In this document: positions 28,501 to 37,488 of the stretch, piece after piece
Position numbering within the stretch: position 1 is the stretch's first letter
How the letters are laid out: each line of letters begins with the position of its first letter
IMG/VR virus record: IMGVR_UViG_2706795949_000001
Location: 1 to 64,000 of that record
Source: a virus
Lineage: Duplodnaviria; Caudoviricetes
DNA length: 64,000 bases
Direction: 5' to 3' (one strand)
The notes under the pieces: model-generated
The model's database searches: none
What the model was told of the DNA's origin: nothing
Seen by the model: the letters and a program-made list of their open reading frames with translations, nothing else
Program-made: the position numbers and the translations under genes

Positions 28501-28731
28501 GCAGTTTATGCGTATGGTTCATACGAAGCGGCAAACGATGCTGTCATCAAGCATTCGGCTGCAATTCGGAATGGTGCCACCGGTCCTAATTTCGAGACGC
28601 AAACAATTCAGCAGGAACAGCAGAGCTACAACTTCAATTTCTACGGAGATGTGGTTGTTCCGAATGTGACTAACCAGTCGGGCGTTGACAACCTGGTCAA
28701 TAACCTTCTCGGACTCGCAGGAGCAAAGTAA
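19522..28731 (+). CDS. Tape measure protein (3069 aa) with C-terminal peptidoglycan hydrolase domains
   Basis: Ala/Gly-rich helical TMP; NlpC/P60-like YDCSGW near 26670; lytic transglycosylase ESGGNPRAIN...GLMQV near 27335. Confidence 0.95.
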   Translation: MTPAELRILVTVRSAEAKRALAGLKTLMGQIAAQTSLASTEMRGFNGTVSSSVVPLRNAGKEAADLAAALSLIGKSNAAKTLTGIHTASSSAQRSMGLLAKNSTSAATGLSAVYTGASRATIGINKLVVSSGKIKTVGADFQTAATGVKSLNRSLATTHTGSVRAAGGMETAALAARNLGAAGAAAAAGLGGAAGAAAALGTATKATAAATGAATAATAAGAAAQATFAQRLAASSDEMRKNGSRMQWAGRQIALAFTAPVLLAGGIATKFALDLEKQMTRLEKVYGDVNGNQAQYRMELEKLGQAFELMSNRYGIAQEDITAIGAAWAEAGKEGASLAKYTQLTAEAMIIGDITADQAAQSMQALSLQWGIGTAKSKTAGAEMLNMSDAVGILNMASNVTQASYQDLIDAMSRTGSTARGTGLTFRETTAVMTTLVRVTGSAATAGNGMKSILSRMLAPTREAAAAMAELGASEEAIAGSNDAVRQMGIDVDDMAWRAKPAGDRLREIAKRYQELDMQSQADFAKPFAGLYQIDRFRQIMADLANEQGNYNKVMKETADLERNQQQYQKELTAFLESNPQKMKIAGQIIKNSMIDVIVPLLPTIVKIAMAIAKMVKAFSELPQGTQNFILIGLALLAMVGPLAIIIASFKVLFGILGGGLAKLIGFFTVTGKAAGGAAGSFFRFSKAGRAAAQANKAAAAEIAGSGKAGFGSFVKSAAGGARAAVASWVRGMRGITTSTAAAGAANAAAQTKNNAIMLARLSGGMAAMQAAQAKGEAARLGVIRTYGNLAAVQEQVNQAKRTGVVAGGSKARAAAEAAGNAKQVTSTNVAQYKIRGAVQASGNYQVAATVRAQNAMTMAIIAGGNKQAAAAAAAGRKTAAANAAGAAAAGKASKGKVRGGGILGTALTAAMFIPPSLFKNIGSLLKTGFSWVGKNIGTLFKKMGINSAKSFGQSLVKGLGGKGGIIGAAIAAVVGMFAFAWEDIKKSATRIFGGESKVPVLARPFVFAIDVIVAMLKKLPAVVLAVFKAVLNIITSIAKAVYKAFSYINPFARHSPSLVENVTNGMAIVTSQFGDASKKIQGDMRAAYGAIKQFGSATANLNVQSAGIQRNKDIDTLNTADPSGAAAASYRALESHTKVLEQNSIKLNAQLQKQQGIVTALTNKVKAADKAIDKMQETMSLLESIAEATGKALSAAQEQLDYYANAPIKGMRAMSDAIFENEMAQKRFQLQIIKLEEAGESVDGLADKYAALQGQIETLSGERIDLQQKGAGSDILSTYDKMIADLKAQQNEALSGPSTEIEKLNKSLDELKTKGEMLNLEQSLKFDPLTRQIDQLVNSEKELDFNTIRNGVISYKAQVEGLTFANNLATTAVTAQQAAIDGATKSRDELQKRLDLEEEKLSGIQDTYQQNQDALDAVREAMSGLVSSADTVIQKIEEEKQKVEDLKNSLDSAADAAQAFGDTGVHIPPLDAQETEESLDKFIEDIEKQLKESFGNLNPFSGLGEKIKNFFKGLGPKIKGWLNEAIPAIISFMYELPGKIAAAISYLSGYIGGLLAKLLVGALLALKWVFWDLPQMIWEWLSGIDWGAVGTTVMGFIKGLFTGETWANVGEWLKTSGKDIILGLLEGIGNAVAGIGQWAYDNIVAPFVQGFKDALGIASPSKVFDGFGGDIITGLYNGLVNTVGNVITWFRELPGKLFEAIGNLGEFLGRKFTDALNWIKDNLPSWASGILDFFRNLPDLIKGALSKIREKLKVPIDAVVNVVYTNGIRKIWNNTAGKIGLPEMPAYEPHAKGGSVGGRIVGPGTGTSDSILTQAKAGSEIFTAREVSNAGGFRGLEALLFGMGVRGGGAGGGNMVPVALSNGEYKLDPRQVAQLGGSAAVKQLRAALASGQIPGHDVGGVIKDIASLPGKAAGKALDTGRGAAASLVEKALDQLDKLIPDLLTPPGGDAGRIPQATFDKIRDGIVTTIRGSGHRFGGTVRIPRMATGGTVPSGGASVATGSTAAVAGSAGAPGGVDLGTGAGLAAAVAGSTDAAAAIWESYYSQIETEQVANNTAMQAQQIMTDSAMLAQQTAQIAALTTANTNYRAAEVVAQTAFQSQVQASDLAHKNTLTTQLTSFATAQTQGWGALRTSVTDSVTGMQADITARFQDMNNSIVDIVENGINPTIGSFEGMLNAAVGWFDNAATDIGTQWARTLPAVQDPSRAIINSVYNDGVRVAWSKVHTWLDLPELEQFVAPFAKGGSLGPDKMVGVSSLSNPNSPKSVRNGGPLRAASASRDSTLFAGMRGEYVLNKKMVQGAGGISNLEAWRKATLSGKSPIQTGGTINFDAVPGFANGGALGMTARREHQSVPGVIQEVPKRLKPYYNRVYDYGGGGQAGRGYDCSGWTGAVHQILTGGNHVGRIWTTEVNFGSYGYKRGKDGYWSMGVHNGGGGMNSHTAGTLAGVNYESGGAHNTSTWGPHAAGTINPLFENQYYLPDLGGKFIGSPGGGPGAVSITPMLLDMWDEHMNGVKNTVQGLAFGGSIGRNPMAAFDKFNKLRDVIKKKGEEKDAQAAASALAEYGQAAAGSYGGGVERWRSVVQDVLRITGNPLSWDELTLAQMATESGGNPRAINLWDSNAQKGTPSKGLMQVIDPTFAAYRDPRFPNDIWDPRANIAAGLNWAKTKGGPPAVWGRGHGYDAGGWLQPGMTQAINLTGKPEAILTNTDWKAIYKAAMKPEVDVNMIAEGYVQAMEKIYGLNVDQKIENSTAAATQYALQGQNAKWNPVIIEQAQETTNAVQTTTNAVKDTTSAVYKTTDTLGNVLGVNEKMSDQLKAMTEVLTTISGVGSGISVTANEDGTFAYEVGFSAFVPLLNAAAGLIEKLPDAEPTYVSWAGTGIPVTKAMKQEKMLNDISNGSKGLYYAFKTIAPPVLKHVGIIGGAVETMVKQDSAAWSSAIAAIAANNPAGYVAAVLLVLKSILTLLPLILNAIMDIVPTMIQSIIAFFTKFEPDAVYAYGSYEAANDAVIKHSAAIRNGATGPNFETQTIQQEQQSYNFNFYGDVVVPNVTNQSGVDNLVNNLLGLAGAK

Positions 28732-31320
28732 ATGGGCCGTTATTTCTGGCGCCCGGATTTCGCCGCTGCCGTCGACTACGGAAACGTAGATACCGACGGC
28801 AGCGGCGCTGTCCTTGGTGACAATACTGATTCAACGCGGAAGAAGTATTTTTCTGATTCCGGCAGCATCCTGACGTTTGTTCCACCGTCGCCGAGTGTTG
28901 TTCCGGCGGGGCGCAGCATTATTGCTGTCCGCGCCGGACACCGGCAGACCAACCAGCTTTTGTTCAATGGTTGGCCGCGCACTTATCTTAGGGTGGACGG
29001 TAAGCGGCAGGAAAATACTGTCGTCTATAAGCAGGACGGAAATAGTAGCTCGGTCCGACAGATTCTCGGACCGGCGCTGTACAACCTGAATCTGGTTCCG
29101 TGGACCTGGGCAGACATTAATAAAATGTCTGCCGAGACCGGAGCGGCAATCGGGGAAATCGGTCCTAATAAAAAGAATCGCTGGTGCATCGCTACCGAGG
29201 TATTTATCCAGATTATCTGGAATGACCCGGTACCGACGCCTACCGATCCATACCCTGCGGCGAACCAGACTATCGACACCAGCTCGGTACAGTTCTCGGC
29301 GAAATCTCCTGCACCGCAAGAGGAACAGCCGGTGCAAACTGTGTTCCAGGTATGCCGCGTCAATACGTTCGACAACGATGACGTGCGGTCATTTGTCGGC
29401 GGACTGAACGGCAGTACCGACGCGAATTCACGTAGCTACTACGTGAGCGATCCGCTCGATACCGAGAATGACAGCTACACCGATTTGGGGCCGGGAGACT
29501 GGTACCTCCGTATCAAAAACCGGGACTACCTGGGCAATGAATCGGCATGGTCCGCGGTCACGAAATTCACTGTGGCACACGGTGCTTTGCCGACGCCGAG
29601 CATTACCGACCCGACTGCCGCCGCGACGGTAAACACGCCGTACCGGCCACGCAAGGCGCGAATTGCCGTGCAGCCCGTCGGCGGCAGGCGGGTCGGCGTC
29701 GAGTGGCAGTTCGCGCGGGACGCGGCGTTCACGACTTCCGTTGTGCAGTGGGCGAATACATCCGGCGGCACGTTCGTCGCGAGCGCTGGATTTCCGTTCG
29801 ACATTCAGTACGACCCGAAGCCGAATCCGGCGACGCAGCCTGGCAAAAACGGGCCGACCGTGGCACCGGACGACCCGAGTCAGTATCTCGCGCAAGGCGG
29901 TTGGTATGGGCGCGTGCGGTGTGCCGACGTGTACGGACAATTCGGTCCGTGGTCGTCGGCTGTGCAATTCACGGTCACGCACCCGCCGGTGCCGAATTCG
30001 CTAATCCCAACGGGCGGCGCGAGTTTCGACCAGGCTGAGGCTCCGGTCCGATGGACTTTCGGTGATCCGTGGAATGAGGATTACCAGACTGCATATCGGA
30101 TGCGCGTGTACGACAACGCGATGAACCTTATTCAGGACACCGGAAAGGTGGCAAGCGGGCTTTCGCGTGCCACCATGAACGTCTCTAAGGCGACATATCA
30201 TCGGCAGGTTCTGACGGTGAATATCGACACCTGGGACGCCGACGACGTGCCGTCAAATGCGGGAACGCCGTTGACCGGAACTTTGCTGTTGAGTACCGCG
30301 CCGGTGACGACAATCATTTATCCAGAGGTTGATGACGCCATTCCGTCGGGGCAGCCAAACTTCCAGTGGAGCAATGTATTTGCCGTCAGTGGAATTACCC
30401 AGAAGAGCTTCCGGCTTAGGGTGACCGAAATTTCTTCCGGAACACTCGTGTACGACTCGGGAGTTATTACCAGCGCGGGAACCAGTCACCAGCCGACCCG
30501 GCCTATTCTCAAGAATCTGTTCGGGTATCAGGTTTCGTTGACGATCACCGACAGCGAGGATTTGGCAAAGGAGGTTCGACGGAATTTCTCGACGAACTTC
30601 GATCGTCCCGAAACGGTAACCAGCACAGCCGATCCCAGTCTTTACGACACCGAGGGATACGTTAATGTGTTGTGGCCGACGGGAAATCCCGATCCGTTCT
30701 TCAAGGAATGGCGGATTTACCGGAAGCGCGCTGCTGAACCTGATAACGAATATGTGCTAGCCGGCACTGTGGCAAATCCTGCAATTCGTGAATTCAAGGA
30801 TTGGCTGATTTCCGGTAGCGACGAATTTGTGTATTCCGTTGTGCAGGTGGCGTATCGGTTCGGGTCGCCGGTTGAAAGCGAGCATAGTCCGACCCCGATG
30901 TTCTATATTTATTCGGACTACTACTGGCTGATCGTGCCCACGAATCCGGAGCTTAATCTCAAGCTCACCGGAGTCGGCGGTGATCGTTATACCAGCAATC
31001 AGGAAATGGCTGACTATAACATTATCGGCGGCGGGCGTCGCAGAACATACGGAACTAAATATGGCAAGTCCGGAAACCTGACCGCAAAGGTTCGGCATTC
31101 ACAGGGGCGCACCGCGTCCCGGTTTATTCGGGACTTGCAGCGGGTGGCAGATAATCGTTACTCGCTGTACATGCGTGATCCGTTTGGAAATGTGACCCTG
31201 ATAGCGATTGGCGAGATTTCGCTAGAGCGTATGCCCGGTGTTGGTGACAGCGAATTCGGCGACCTTGATATTCCGTACATTGAAGTGGGCGAGGCCGACG
31301 CGGCTTTCGTCGCACAGTAA
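28732..31320 (+). CDS. Minor tail protein (FN3-like repeats, Dit-like C-terminus)
   Basis: Directly after TMP; repeated WY.R.K...SAWS beta-sandwich motifs. Confidence 0.8.
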   Translation: MGRYFWRPDFAAAVDYGNVDTDGSGAVLGDNTDSTRKKYFSDSGSILTFVPPSPSVVPAGRSIIAVRAGHRQTNQLLFNGWPRTYLRVDGKRQENTVVYKQDGNSSSVRQILGPALYNLNLVPWTWADINKMSAETGAAIGEIGPNKKNRWCIATEVFIQIIWNDPVPTPTDPYPAANQTIDTSSVQFSAKSPAPQEEQPVQTVFQVCRVNTFDNDDVRSFVGGLNGSTDANSRSYYVSDPLDTENDSYTDLGPGDWYLRIKNRDYLGNESAWSAVTKFTVAHGALPTPSITDPTAAATVNTPYRPRKARIAVQPVGGRRVGVEWQFARDAAFTTSVVQWANTSGGTFVASAGFPFDIQYDPKPNPATQPGKNGPTVAPDDPSQYLAQGGWYGRVRCADVYGQFGPWSSAVQFTVTHPPVPNSLIPTGGASFDQAEAPVRWTFGDPWNEDYQTAYRMRVYDNAMNLIQDTGKVASGLSRATMNVSKATYHRQVLTVNIDTWDADDVPSNAGTPLTGTLLLSTAPVTTIIYPEVDDAIPSGQPNFQWSNVFAVSGITQKSFRLRVTEISSGTLVYDSGVITSAGTSHQPTRPILKNLFGYQVSLTITDSEDLAKEVRRNFSTNFDRPETVTSTADPSLYDTEGYVNVLWPTGNPDPFFKEWRIYRKRAAEPDNEYVLAGTVANPAIREFKDWLISGSDEFVYSVVQVAYRFGSPVESEHSPTPMFYIYSDYYWLIVPTNPELNLKLTGVGGDRYTSNQEMADYNIIGGGRRRTYGTKYGKSGNLTAKVRHSQGRTASRFIRDLQRVADNRYSLYMRDPFGNVTLIAIGEISLERMPGVGDSEFGDLDIPYIEVGEADAAFVAQ

Positions 31321-31332
31321 TAGGGAGACACC

Positions 31333-33522
31333 ATGCCGCACCCTCCAAATCGCCTTATCAAAGAGGCATTTCTTAATCCGACAGTAGAAGCTGTTCGTAG
31401 GGTGGAGATATACGAGAACGACGCCGAGACGCCGTGGCATCCCGAAATCTGGGATGAAATCCTGGTCGGAGGAACAGTTAATGTTCAGTCCGACCAGGAT
31501 TCACGGCGCTCTGCCGATTTCGAGTTCTACAACATCGACGGCCTGCTTAATCCTGAGCCCGGTGAATTCTGGTACGACAAAATCATCAAAGCGTACTACG
31601 GCATCGTCACCCACATGGAGGACCGGAGTGGCCGGGTCGTCATTATCGAAGAGGAATCCGCGACCAGTCAGGCGCTGTATTTGAAGAAGCTCCTGAATGA
31701 CGCGGGGATTCTCTATGTCGATTACAACCCGCTGATTTCTACCATTCAGGAACTCGAAGATTACGATATTGTCATCTCGATTTCCGGTGATTACACGCGG
31801 AAGCTCTCGCTGCTGACGCTGGCTTATCAGTCGGGCAAATCGGTGCTGACGTTCGGCTTGAATTCTACGTCAGCACAGTTGCCGCTGTTGATCGGAAATA
31901 CGGGCGCTCAGCGTATTGAGTCTGGGCGTTATTACGAGAATATTGGTTCGACCGATCCGATATCTACCGGCTGGGACGCCTGGAATACAAGGCCGCCGGG
32001 AGTCTCCGGCTGGGGCACCGACGATTTTGAGAGTCTGCCGCTGGGGGCTACAACAAATGGCGAAATAGTCATGTTCGGCGGCGAAAAGGTTTACAAGCAA
32101 TATGGCAACGGTACATATCGTGCATCGCCTGCCATTGCGACGATTCAGGTTAGTCCTGGTGATATTTATTACTTTGAAGCATACGTTTATAAGGTTACCG
32201 CAGGAGCGATTGGTGGCCTGCATTTTGTAGCGAGACAGTTTGAATCCGTTTCCCCCAATGTAGGTCCTTCGTATCCGAATGCTATTTACGTCTTGATGAC
32301 AAATATCCCACAGGGGCAGTGGCACAAGGTTACCGGCTCGGTGACTATTGCTGATGGTAAAACGATATTGCAGCCTTATCTGCAAACGGGCAACGGCGTA
32401 CCGGCTGGCGAAGAAATTATGTGGAAGGGCGTTCATTTCCGAAAGTTTGAGGAGAATCAGCGAACTCGGCCAATTACTGCCACACCGGCACATGCTGTCG
32501 CGCTAGAGCAGAAAAGCACCTTCGGCTACGGCGCACTTATGCGGAGCGATCCGGATTCCGGCGTGTGGGTGCATACTCAGATGGCAGATTTTCGGAGCGA
32601 GGTTTTTGTTACCCAGCAAGATCAGGATAATTTCACAGACTATCTGTTGGCTATTACCAAGCGCGCTGACACCTATGATATTGACCCGACCTGGGAGACG
32701 CAGGTCGGGGAATTTGTCATGGAGGCAATCGCCGACGTGGGTGACGTGATTAATGACTCGGTGAATATTACCGCGCGGGATTACGCAAAACGCTGCCAGG
32801 CCAGCAAGCTCAGCAAGGCGACAATGTTCAAGGCAAATCAGCGCATCGTGGATATCATTAAATCCGTGGCACTGAATGCTGGTGTGCGCAAGCTAAAACT
32901 GCCGGAGACTCTGGCGCTCACTCTCGGAAAAGACACCACCTGGGAACGAGACCAGGAGCGGTGGGCAATTATGAAAGACATTGCCGTCGCAAATAACTAC
33001 GATCTCTGGTTCGACAATGAGGGATATCTCCGCCTCACGCCGCAGAACGACCCGCTGCTGACGCCCGCCACACTCGAACTCACCACCGGGCCACGCGGTA
33101 ACCTCGTCTCGCGCGGTCGGCGCACGTCGGACGCGGGCCTGTTCAACCACGTGACGGCGGTCGGGGAGTCCAGCGCATCCGAGGTACCCCTGGTGTACGG
33201 GGAAGCCGTGAACGACAATCCGGCGTCGCCTAGCTCGGTGCAGAATATCGGCTATCGCACCAAGAACATCACGTCACCGCTAATTACCACCGACGAACAG
33301 GCTCGGGTTCTCGCGGAAACATTTCTCTCGGTGTCCATGCTCGAAGAATTCGAGCTAGACTTTTCGAGTGTTCTTTTTCCGTGGATCGAGGCTGGAGAAA
33401 TTCTCGAAATGAACGAGGACGAGGCGGGCTGGGCTCCGGCTAGATATTTGCTTACCAGTTTGTCTATTCCATTTGATCTTTCGCCCATGTCGGGCACCGG
33501 AAAGCGAGTTACCAAACTATGA
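31333..33522 (+). CDS. Minor tail protein (hub/Tal-like with inserted carbohydrate-binding-like domain)
   Basis: Hub-like N- and C-terminal segments; central ...GQWHKVTGSVT CBM-like insert. Confidence 0.75.
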   Translation: MPHPPNRLIKEAFLNPTVEAVRRVEIYENDAETPWHPEIWDEILVGGTVNVQSDQDSRRSADFEFYNIDGLLNPEPGEFWYDKIIKAYYGIVTHMEDRSGRVVIIEEESATSQALYLKKLLNDAGILYVDYNPLISTIQELEDYDIVISISGDYTRKLSLLTLAYQSGKSVLTFGLNSTSAQLPLLIGNTGAQRIESGRYYENIGSTDPISTGWDAWNTRPPGVSGWGTDDFESLPLGATTNGEIVMFGGEKVYKQYGNGTYRASPAIATIQVSPGDIYYFEAYVYKVTAGAIGGLHFVARQFESVSPNVGPSYPNAIYVLMTNIPQGQWHKVTGSVTIADGKTILQPYLQTGNGVPAGEEIMWKGVHFRKFEENQRTRPITATPAHAVALEQKSTFGYGALMRSDPDSGVWVHTQMADFRSEVFVTQQDQDNFTDYLLAITKRADTYDIDPTWETQVGEFVMEAIADVGDVINDSVNITARDYAKRCQASKLSKATMFKANQRIVDIIKSVALNAGVRKLKLPETLALTLGKDTTWERDQERWAIMKDIAVANNYDLWFDNEGYLRLTPQNDPLLTPATLELTTGPRGNLVSRGRRTSDAGLFNHVTAVGESSASEVPLVYGEAVNDNPASPSSVQNIGYRTKNITSPLITTDEQARVLAETFLSVSMLEEFELDFSSVLFPWIEAGEILEMNEDEAGWAPARYLLTSLSIPFDLSPMSGTGKRVTKL

Positions 33523-36377
33523 GTGATTTGGGCGAGCTTGTTATTGCCGAAAAACTCGACAGATATACTCGGGCGCGAGTGGCTAGCGAGGTTGCAAAAC
33601 TTCGGCCAGCCCCGCGTTATGCTGTCGTTAAAAGTATCAACACGGAAGAATCTTACGCCGAGGTTAGTTACGTCGGCGAAGATTCTGTCGTCAAGGTTCC
33701 GTTCGGAAATATTGCACCTACGGTTGTCGGCCAAGAAGTCCGCATTGAGGGTGTGACTGGCGACCGCTATATTGCGGCGGTTCGCGGCACCTCGAATCTC
33801 GAAGAGGGAATTGAGCAGGCTGGCGTCAATGTCGAAGAGCTGAAAACCAACATCTCCAGCGCACTGCAAGGTGAATATGAAGGTGAAGACACGGCGCTGG
33901 AGGCTCTGCAAAACTGGGCTAGCAATATCGGTGCGAATTTCGAGGATTTGCTTAAGGCGTTCCGTGGGCAATATACCGGCAGCGATCCGTTCCTGTCTGC
34001 AATTCAGGGTGTCGTCTCGGCGTTTGGCGGTTTCGACCCGTCTATCCTGAGCAACCTTTCCATCGGCCACCTGGTAAATAAGCGCGGTCCGAATCTGCTG
34101 GAAAAATACGGCAGCTTCGACGCAGACGTTACTGTCGACGGCGAAGGCATCTGGGTCTGGGACGGCACGGAAGGGCGCACGACAGCCGGGTCGGTAAAGG
34201 CTGCGGGTGACGGCACCGACAAGGTTTTGACCACCGAGGCGTTTGAGGTTGCCGAGGGGCAAAAGCTCGTTGGCTCCACCTACGTGAAATGGTCGGGAGT
34301 CACCGGAACCGGCGATGCTTTTCGGCTGTCCCTGGTGCTGATAAATAATGGCGCGGTAGTCAGCGAAATCAACCTGGACACAATTTCAGCATCTGCCAGC
34401 GGCGGCTGGTCTAAGCTCGACGGCAATTACACGGTACCGTCGGGGGTGACGCATGTCCGGCAGCGGCTCAGCATTACGGATAATGTCACTGCCGGAAATA
34501 TTTGGTTCGATGACTCGGAGCTGTACAAAAATACCCAGAGCCTTCCGCAGCAATGGATTAGCGGACTGGTCGATGGTCTCACCGATATTTGGACCGGCAT
34601 TACCGGGATCGTGGATAATATCCTGTCGAAGCTGGGAATACCCACTGTCGGTAGCATCATGGATCGAATTTTTGATCTTGCCGACGAAATCGGCGACTGG
34701 TTCGATGACCACAATTTCACGGTAGCCAACCTGAGCAATCTGGTTGGCAATTTGCTGTCCGCGCCCGCAACGGTGATCGGGAATATTCCGCGTACCCTGG
34801 TGTCCGGACTGAACGGAATGCTGGACGCGCTGGATAATTTCCTGCTCGGCCTGGCAAATGCAATTCTGTCGGGCATCCGGAAAATCCCGGTGGTCGGCGG
34901 CAATATCGCAGACCGCATTAGTCAGGTGCTCAACGGCGTTCAGCAGGTCACGGAAACGGCCGAAGGCGCAGAAAATGCCGCAATAAATGTTGGCAACCAG
35001 GTGTCGATGGTGCAGCAGATTATCGCCGTGCGCACCGGTGCGCCTATCTGGGAAACCGGACCGGACCCCACCGGTATTGTGAGCTTCCCGTTTTCCACGC
35101 TGGCGCTGGGAACTTTTTCCGGATCGTTCAGCGGAGATTCCGGCAGCACCTCAAATAGCGGTAGCCATAATCACAGCTTCAGTGATTCGGGCAGCACCGG
35201 CACCACTCAGAGCCATAATCACTCTTTCTCGGTGTCGGGAAGCACGTCTAGTACCGGATCGTCGCATACGCATACATTTACGCCGTCAGGCTCGGTGTCT
35301 GTGGCGGAAAATTCATTCTTCGTCAATGCCACGGCAACGTGGGCACCGTGGACCTCGATTCGCTTTCCGTCGGCGGCGGAACGAAAGGTCTTGACGTTTA
35401 TTGCGAAAATGACCGGCACCGTCACCGCGCTATATTTGGATGTGTACAAGCAAGAGGAGGACGGCACCAGCGTTTTCCAGTACACCATGCCGAATATTGC
35501 GGGCAATCTGCTTAATACCTATCAGTATGTTCAGCAGATGCATCCCGATAATGCAGTCATGGCCGACGAGGGAGACGTTTTTGAAATCCAGTTCCGCGTA
35601 GAGGGTAGCGGCTCGGTTCAGATTATCGGCGCGAATTTCCCGTACTTTTCGCCGCTTCCTGGATATCGTCCGTACTCGATTGGCTCAGGTCGAAACCCGT
35701 CTGGCGACCCGGTTCCTGCAAGTATTTCTGGCGGCGCTCGCGACGCAATGTATATGGGGCCAGCGGTGTGGTGCTCGTTTGGTGTTAACCTCACGGCACT
35801 CACCATGCTGCGATTCCTGTACGACGACTTCAATTCCGGATCATTCGGTTCCAACTGGAAGATTTACGGGAAGCTCTCTATATCAAATGGTCGCGTTCGA
35901 TATGGCGGGGGAGTTCTCGACAACAGTGCGGCACGCGGCGTTCGCACGCAGCCTCTGGTTTCCGATAATGTCCGGTCTGAATTTGACGTCATCGTTGATT
36001 CGATGGAAGTTGGTATCGCAATCTGTGGTAATAATACCCTGGAACATGCGATGTGGATTACCATTGAAGACGACGGTATGCATTTCGACACCGGTCCAAT
36101 GTCGGCATCTCGGGTGCGCCGCAAGAGTGTGCCAAATCCTGGCAACGGGCATTACATTGTCGAATATTACCAGTCCACCAATACCTACACGATTTATAAG
36201 GGATACGAGGCCATCCCGGAAAATTTCGTGATGGATTGGACCGACGCGACAAATGTCATCCCGCACGGACCCGGTTACCGCTGGGTGGGCGTCGGTGCTC
36301 GGCGTGCATTTACATCCATGTCCGGCACGCTCGATAACTGGGTTGCCCAGGATATCGACATGACTCCGGAGGAATAA
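33519..36377 (+). CDS. Minor tail protein/receptor-binding fibre (952 aa)
   Basis: Galactose-binding-like domain, helical repeats, Ser-rich HxH repeats, C-terminal beta domain. Confidence 0.75.
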   Translation: MSDLGELVIAEKLDRYTRARVASEVAKLRPAPRYAVVKSINTEESYAEVSYVGEDSVVKVPFGNIAPTVVGQEVRIEGVTGDRYIAAVRGTSNLEEGIEQAGVNVEELKTNISSALQGEYEGEDTALEALQNWASNIGANFEDLLKAFRGQYTGSDPFLSAIQGVVSAFGGFDPSILSNLSIGHLVNKRGPNLLEKYGSFDADVTVDGEGIWVWDGTEGRTTAGSVKAAGDGTDKVLTTEAFEVAEGQKLVGSTYVKWSGVTGTGDAFRLSLVLINNGAVVSEINLDTISASASGGWSKLDGNYTVPSGVTHVRQRLSITDNVTAGNIWFDDSELYKNTQSLPQQWISGLVDGLTDIWTGITGIVDNILSKLGIPTVGSIMDRIFDLADEIGDWFDDHNFTVANLSNLVGNLLSAPATVIGNIPRTLVSGLNGMLDALDNFLLGLANAILSGIRKIPVVGGNIADRISQVLNGVQQVTETAEGAENAAINVGNQVSMVQQIIAVRTGAPIWETGPDPTGIVSFPFSTLALGTFSGSFSGDSGSTSNSGSHNHSFSDSGSTGTTQSHNHSFSVSGSTSSTGSSHTHTFTPSGSVSVAENSFFVNATATWAPWTSIRFPSAAERKVLTFIAKMTGTVTALYLDVYKQEEDGTSVFQYTMPNIAGNLLNTYQYVQQMHPDNAVMADEGDVFEIQFRVEGSGSVQIIGANFPYFSPLPGYRPYSIGSGRNPSGDPVPASISGGARDAMYMGPAVWCSFGVNLTALTMLRFLYDDFNSGSFGSNWKIYGKLSISNGRVRYGGGVLDNSAARGVRTQPLVSDNVRSEFDVIVDSMEVGIAICGNNTLEHAMWITIEDDGMHFDTGPMSASRVRRKSVPNPGNGHYIVEYYQSTNTYTIYKGYEAIPENFVMDWTDATNVIPHGPGYRWVGVGARRAFTSMSGTLDNWVAQDIDMTPEE

Positions 36378-37471
36378 TGCCGTGGTCTCCCTCTGGGCCG
36401 AATAGGCCCAAGCAATTAAAGACCGGTTGGTCGCCCGGCGGCGTTGAATCTGACATTCAACAGCCGTCGGGCGGCTGGCGAAATGTGCCCATTTTTGATG
36501 GGCAGGAAAATGCAATAGCGGAAGACCTGGCGCAGACCAAGGTTGCCGTTCGTGGAACCGAAGGAACAGTAGTCACAGACCTGGCTAGAATTGTCGCCAG
36601 AATGGCGGCTCAGGAAAACGCTATTGCACAGGACGCTGGCAGATTTGGAGCCAGCCAGAAAGGCACAGAAAATGCCGTCGCTCAGGAATTGGCGCGACTC
36701 GGGCTTTATGCAGCGGAAGATTCAGTTGCTGAGAGTCTGGGTGCTCTTAACAAGCTATCACTATCCGGACTGGAATATTCAGCAGCTCAAGACTTAGGTC
36801 TGTTCAACCGAATTTCCGCCATTGGAAACGAGTCCAGTGTTTCCGAGGATATGGCTACGGAGGCGTGGTTTAAGCCCCCCGGCGGCGTCGACAGCACGCT
36901 GGTAACTTATTCCACGGCGGGAACGTTTACCTATACAATCCCAGTGTGGTGCAGATACATTGACGTGATCGTTCTCGGCGGTGGAGGCGGCGGCGATGGT
37001 GCCGGTTGGGCAATCGCGGGGCGCGGCGGTAATGGTGGATATTTCGCCTGGGTGACACTTCAGCGCGGTGTAGATATTCCGTGGACCGCAATTTCCATAT
37101 CCATTACCGTCGGCACCGGCGGTGGCGGAGGCTCTGGTGGCGCAGTTGCCGGTTACGGTGCCACCGGAAATGCCAGTTCGGCCACTATTACCGGGGTTGG
37201 AACAATTACCGGAAATGGCGGTCAGCGAGGAATTGACTCCGGAAAACCCGCGTCACTGCGAACCGGTGGTGGCGTACAGGGCGGTAATGCTAGCTCGGAC
37301 GGAAACTCGAATAACCTGTTGAATCTGAATGGATATCAATATTCTGGTGCCGCGCAGCATAGTAATTCCACCACGCCTCAACCCGCCGCTGGCGGATACG
37401 GCGGCGGCATCGTCTCCGGCAATGGCTCTGTCGGCGGATTAGGACGAGCTTGGGCGCGTGCCCGAGCATAA
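36377..37471 (+). CDS. Glycine-rich minor tail protein
   Basis: YTIPVWCRYIDVIVLGGGGGG motif typical of actinophage minor tails. Confidence 0.8.
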   Translation: MPWSPSGPNRPKQLKTGWSPGGVESDIQQPSGGWRNVPIFDGQENAIAEDLAQTKVAVRGTEGTVVTDLARIVARMAAQENAIAQDAGRFGASQKGTENAVAQELARLGLYAAEDSVAESLGALNKLSLSGLEYSAAQDLGLFNRISAIGNESSVSEDMATEAWFKPPGGVDSTLVTYSTAGTFTYTIPVWCRYIDVIVLGGGGGGDGAGWAIAGRGGNGGYFAWVTLQRGVDIPWTAISISITVGTGGGGGSGGAVAGYGATGNASSATITGVGTITGNGGQRGIDSGKPASLRTGGGVQGGNASSDGNSNNLLNLNGYQYSGAAQHSNSTTPQPAAGGYGGGIVSGNGSVGGLGRAWARARA

Positions 37472-37488
37472 AATAAAGGAGAAACGAA

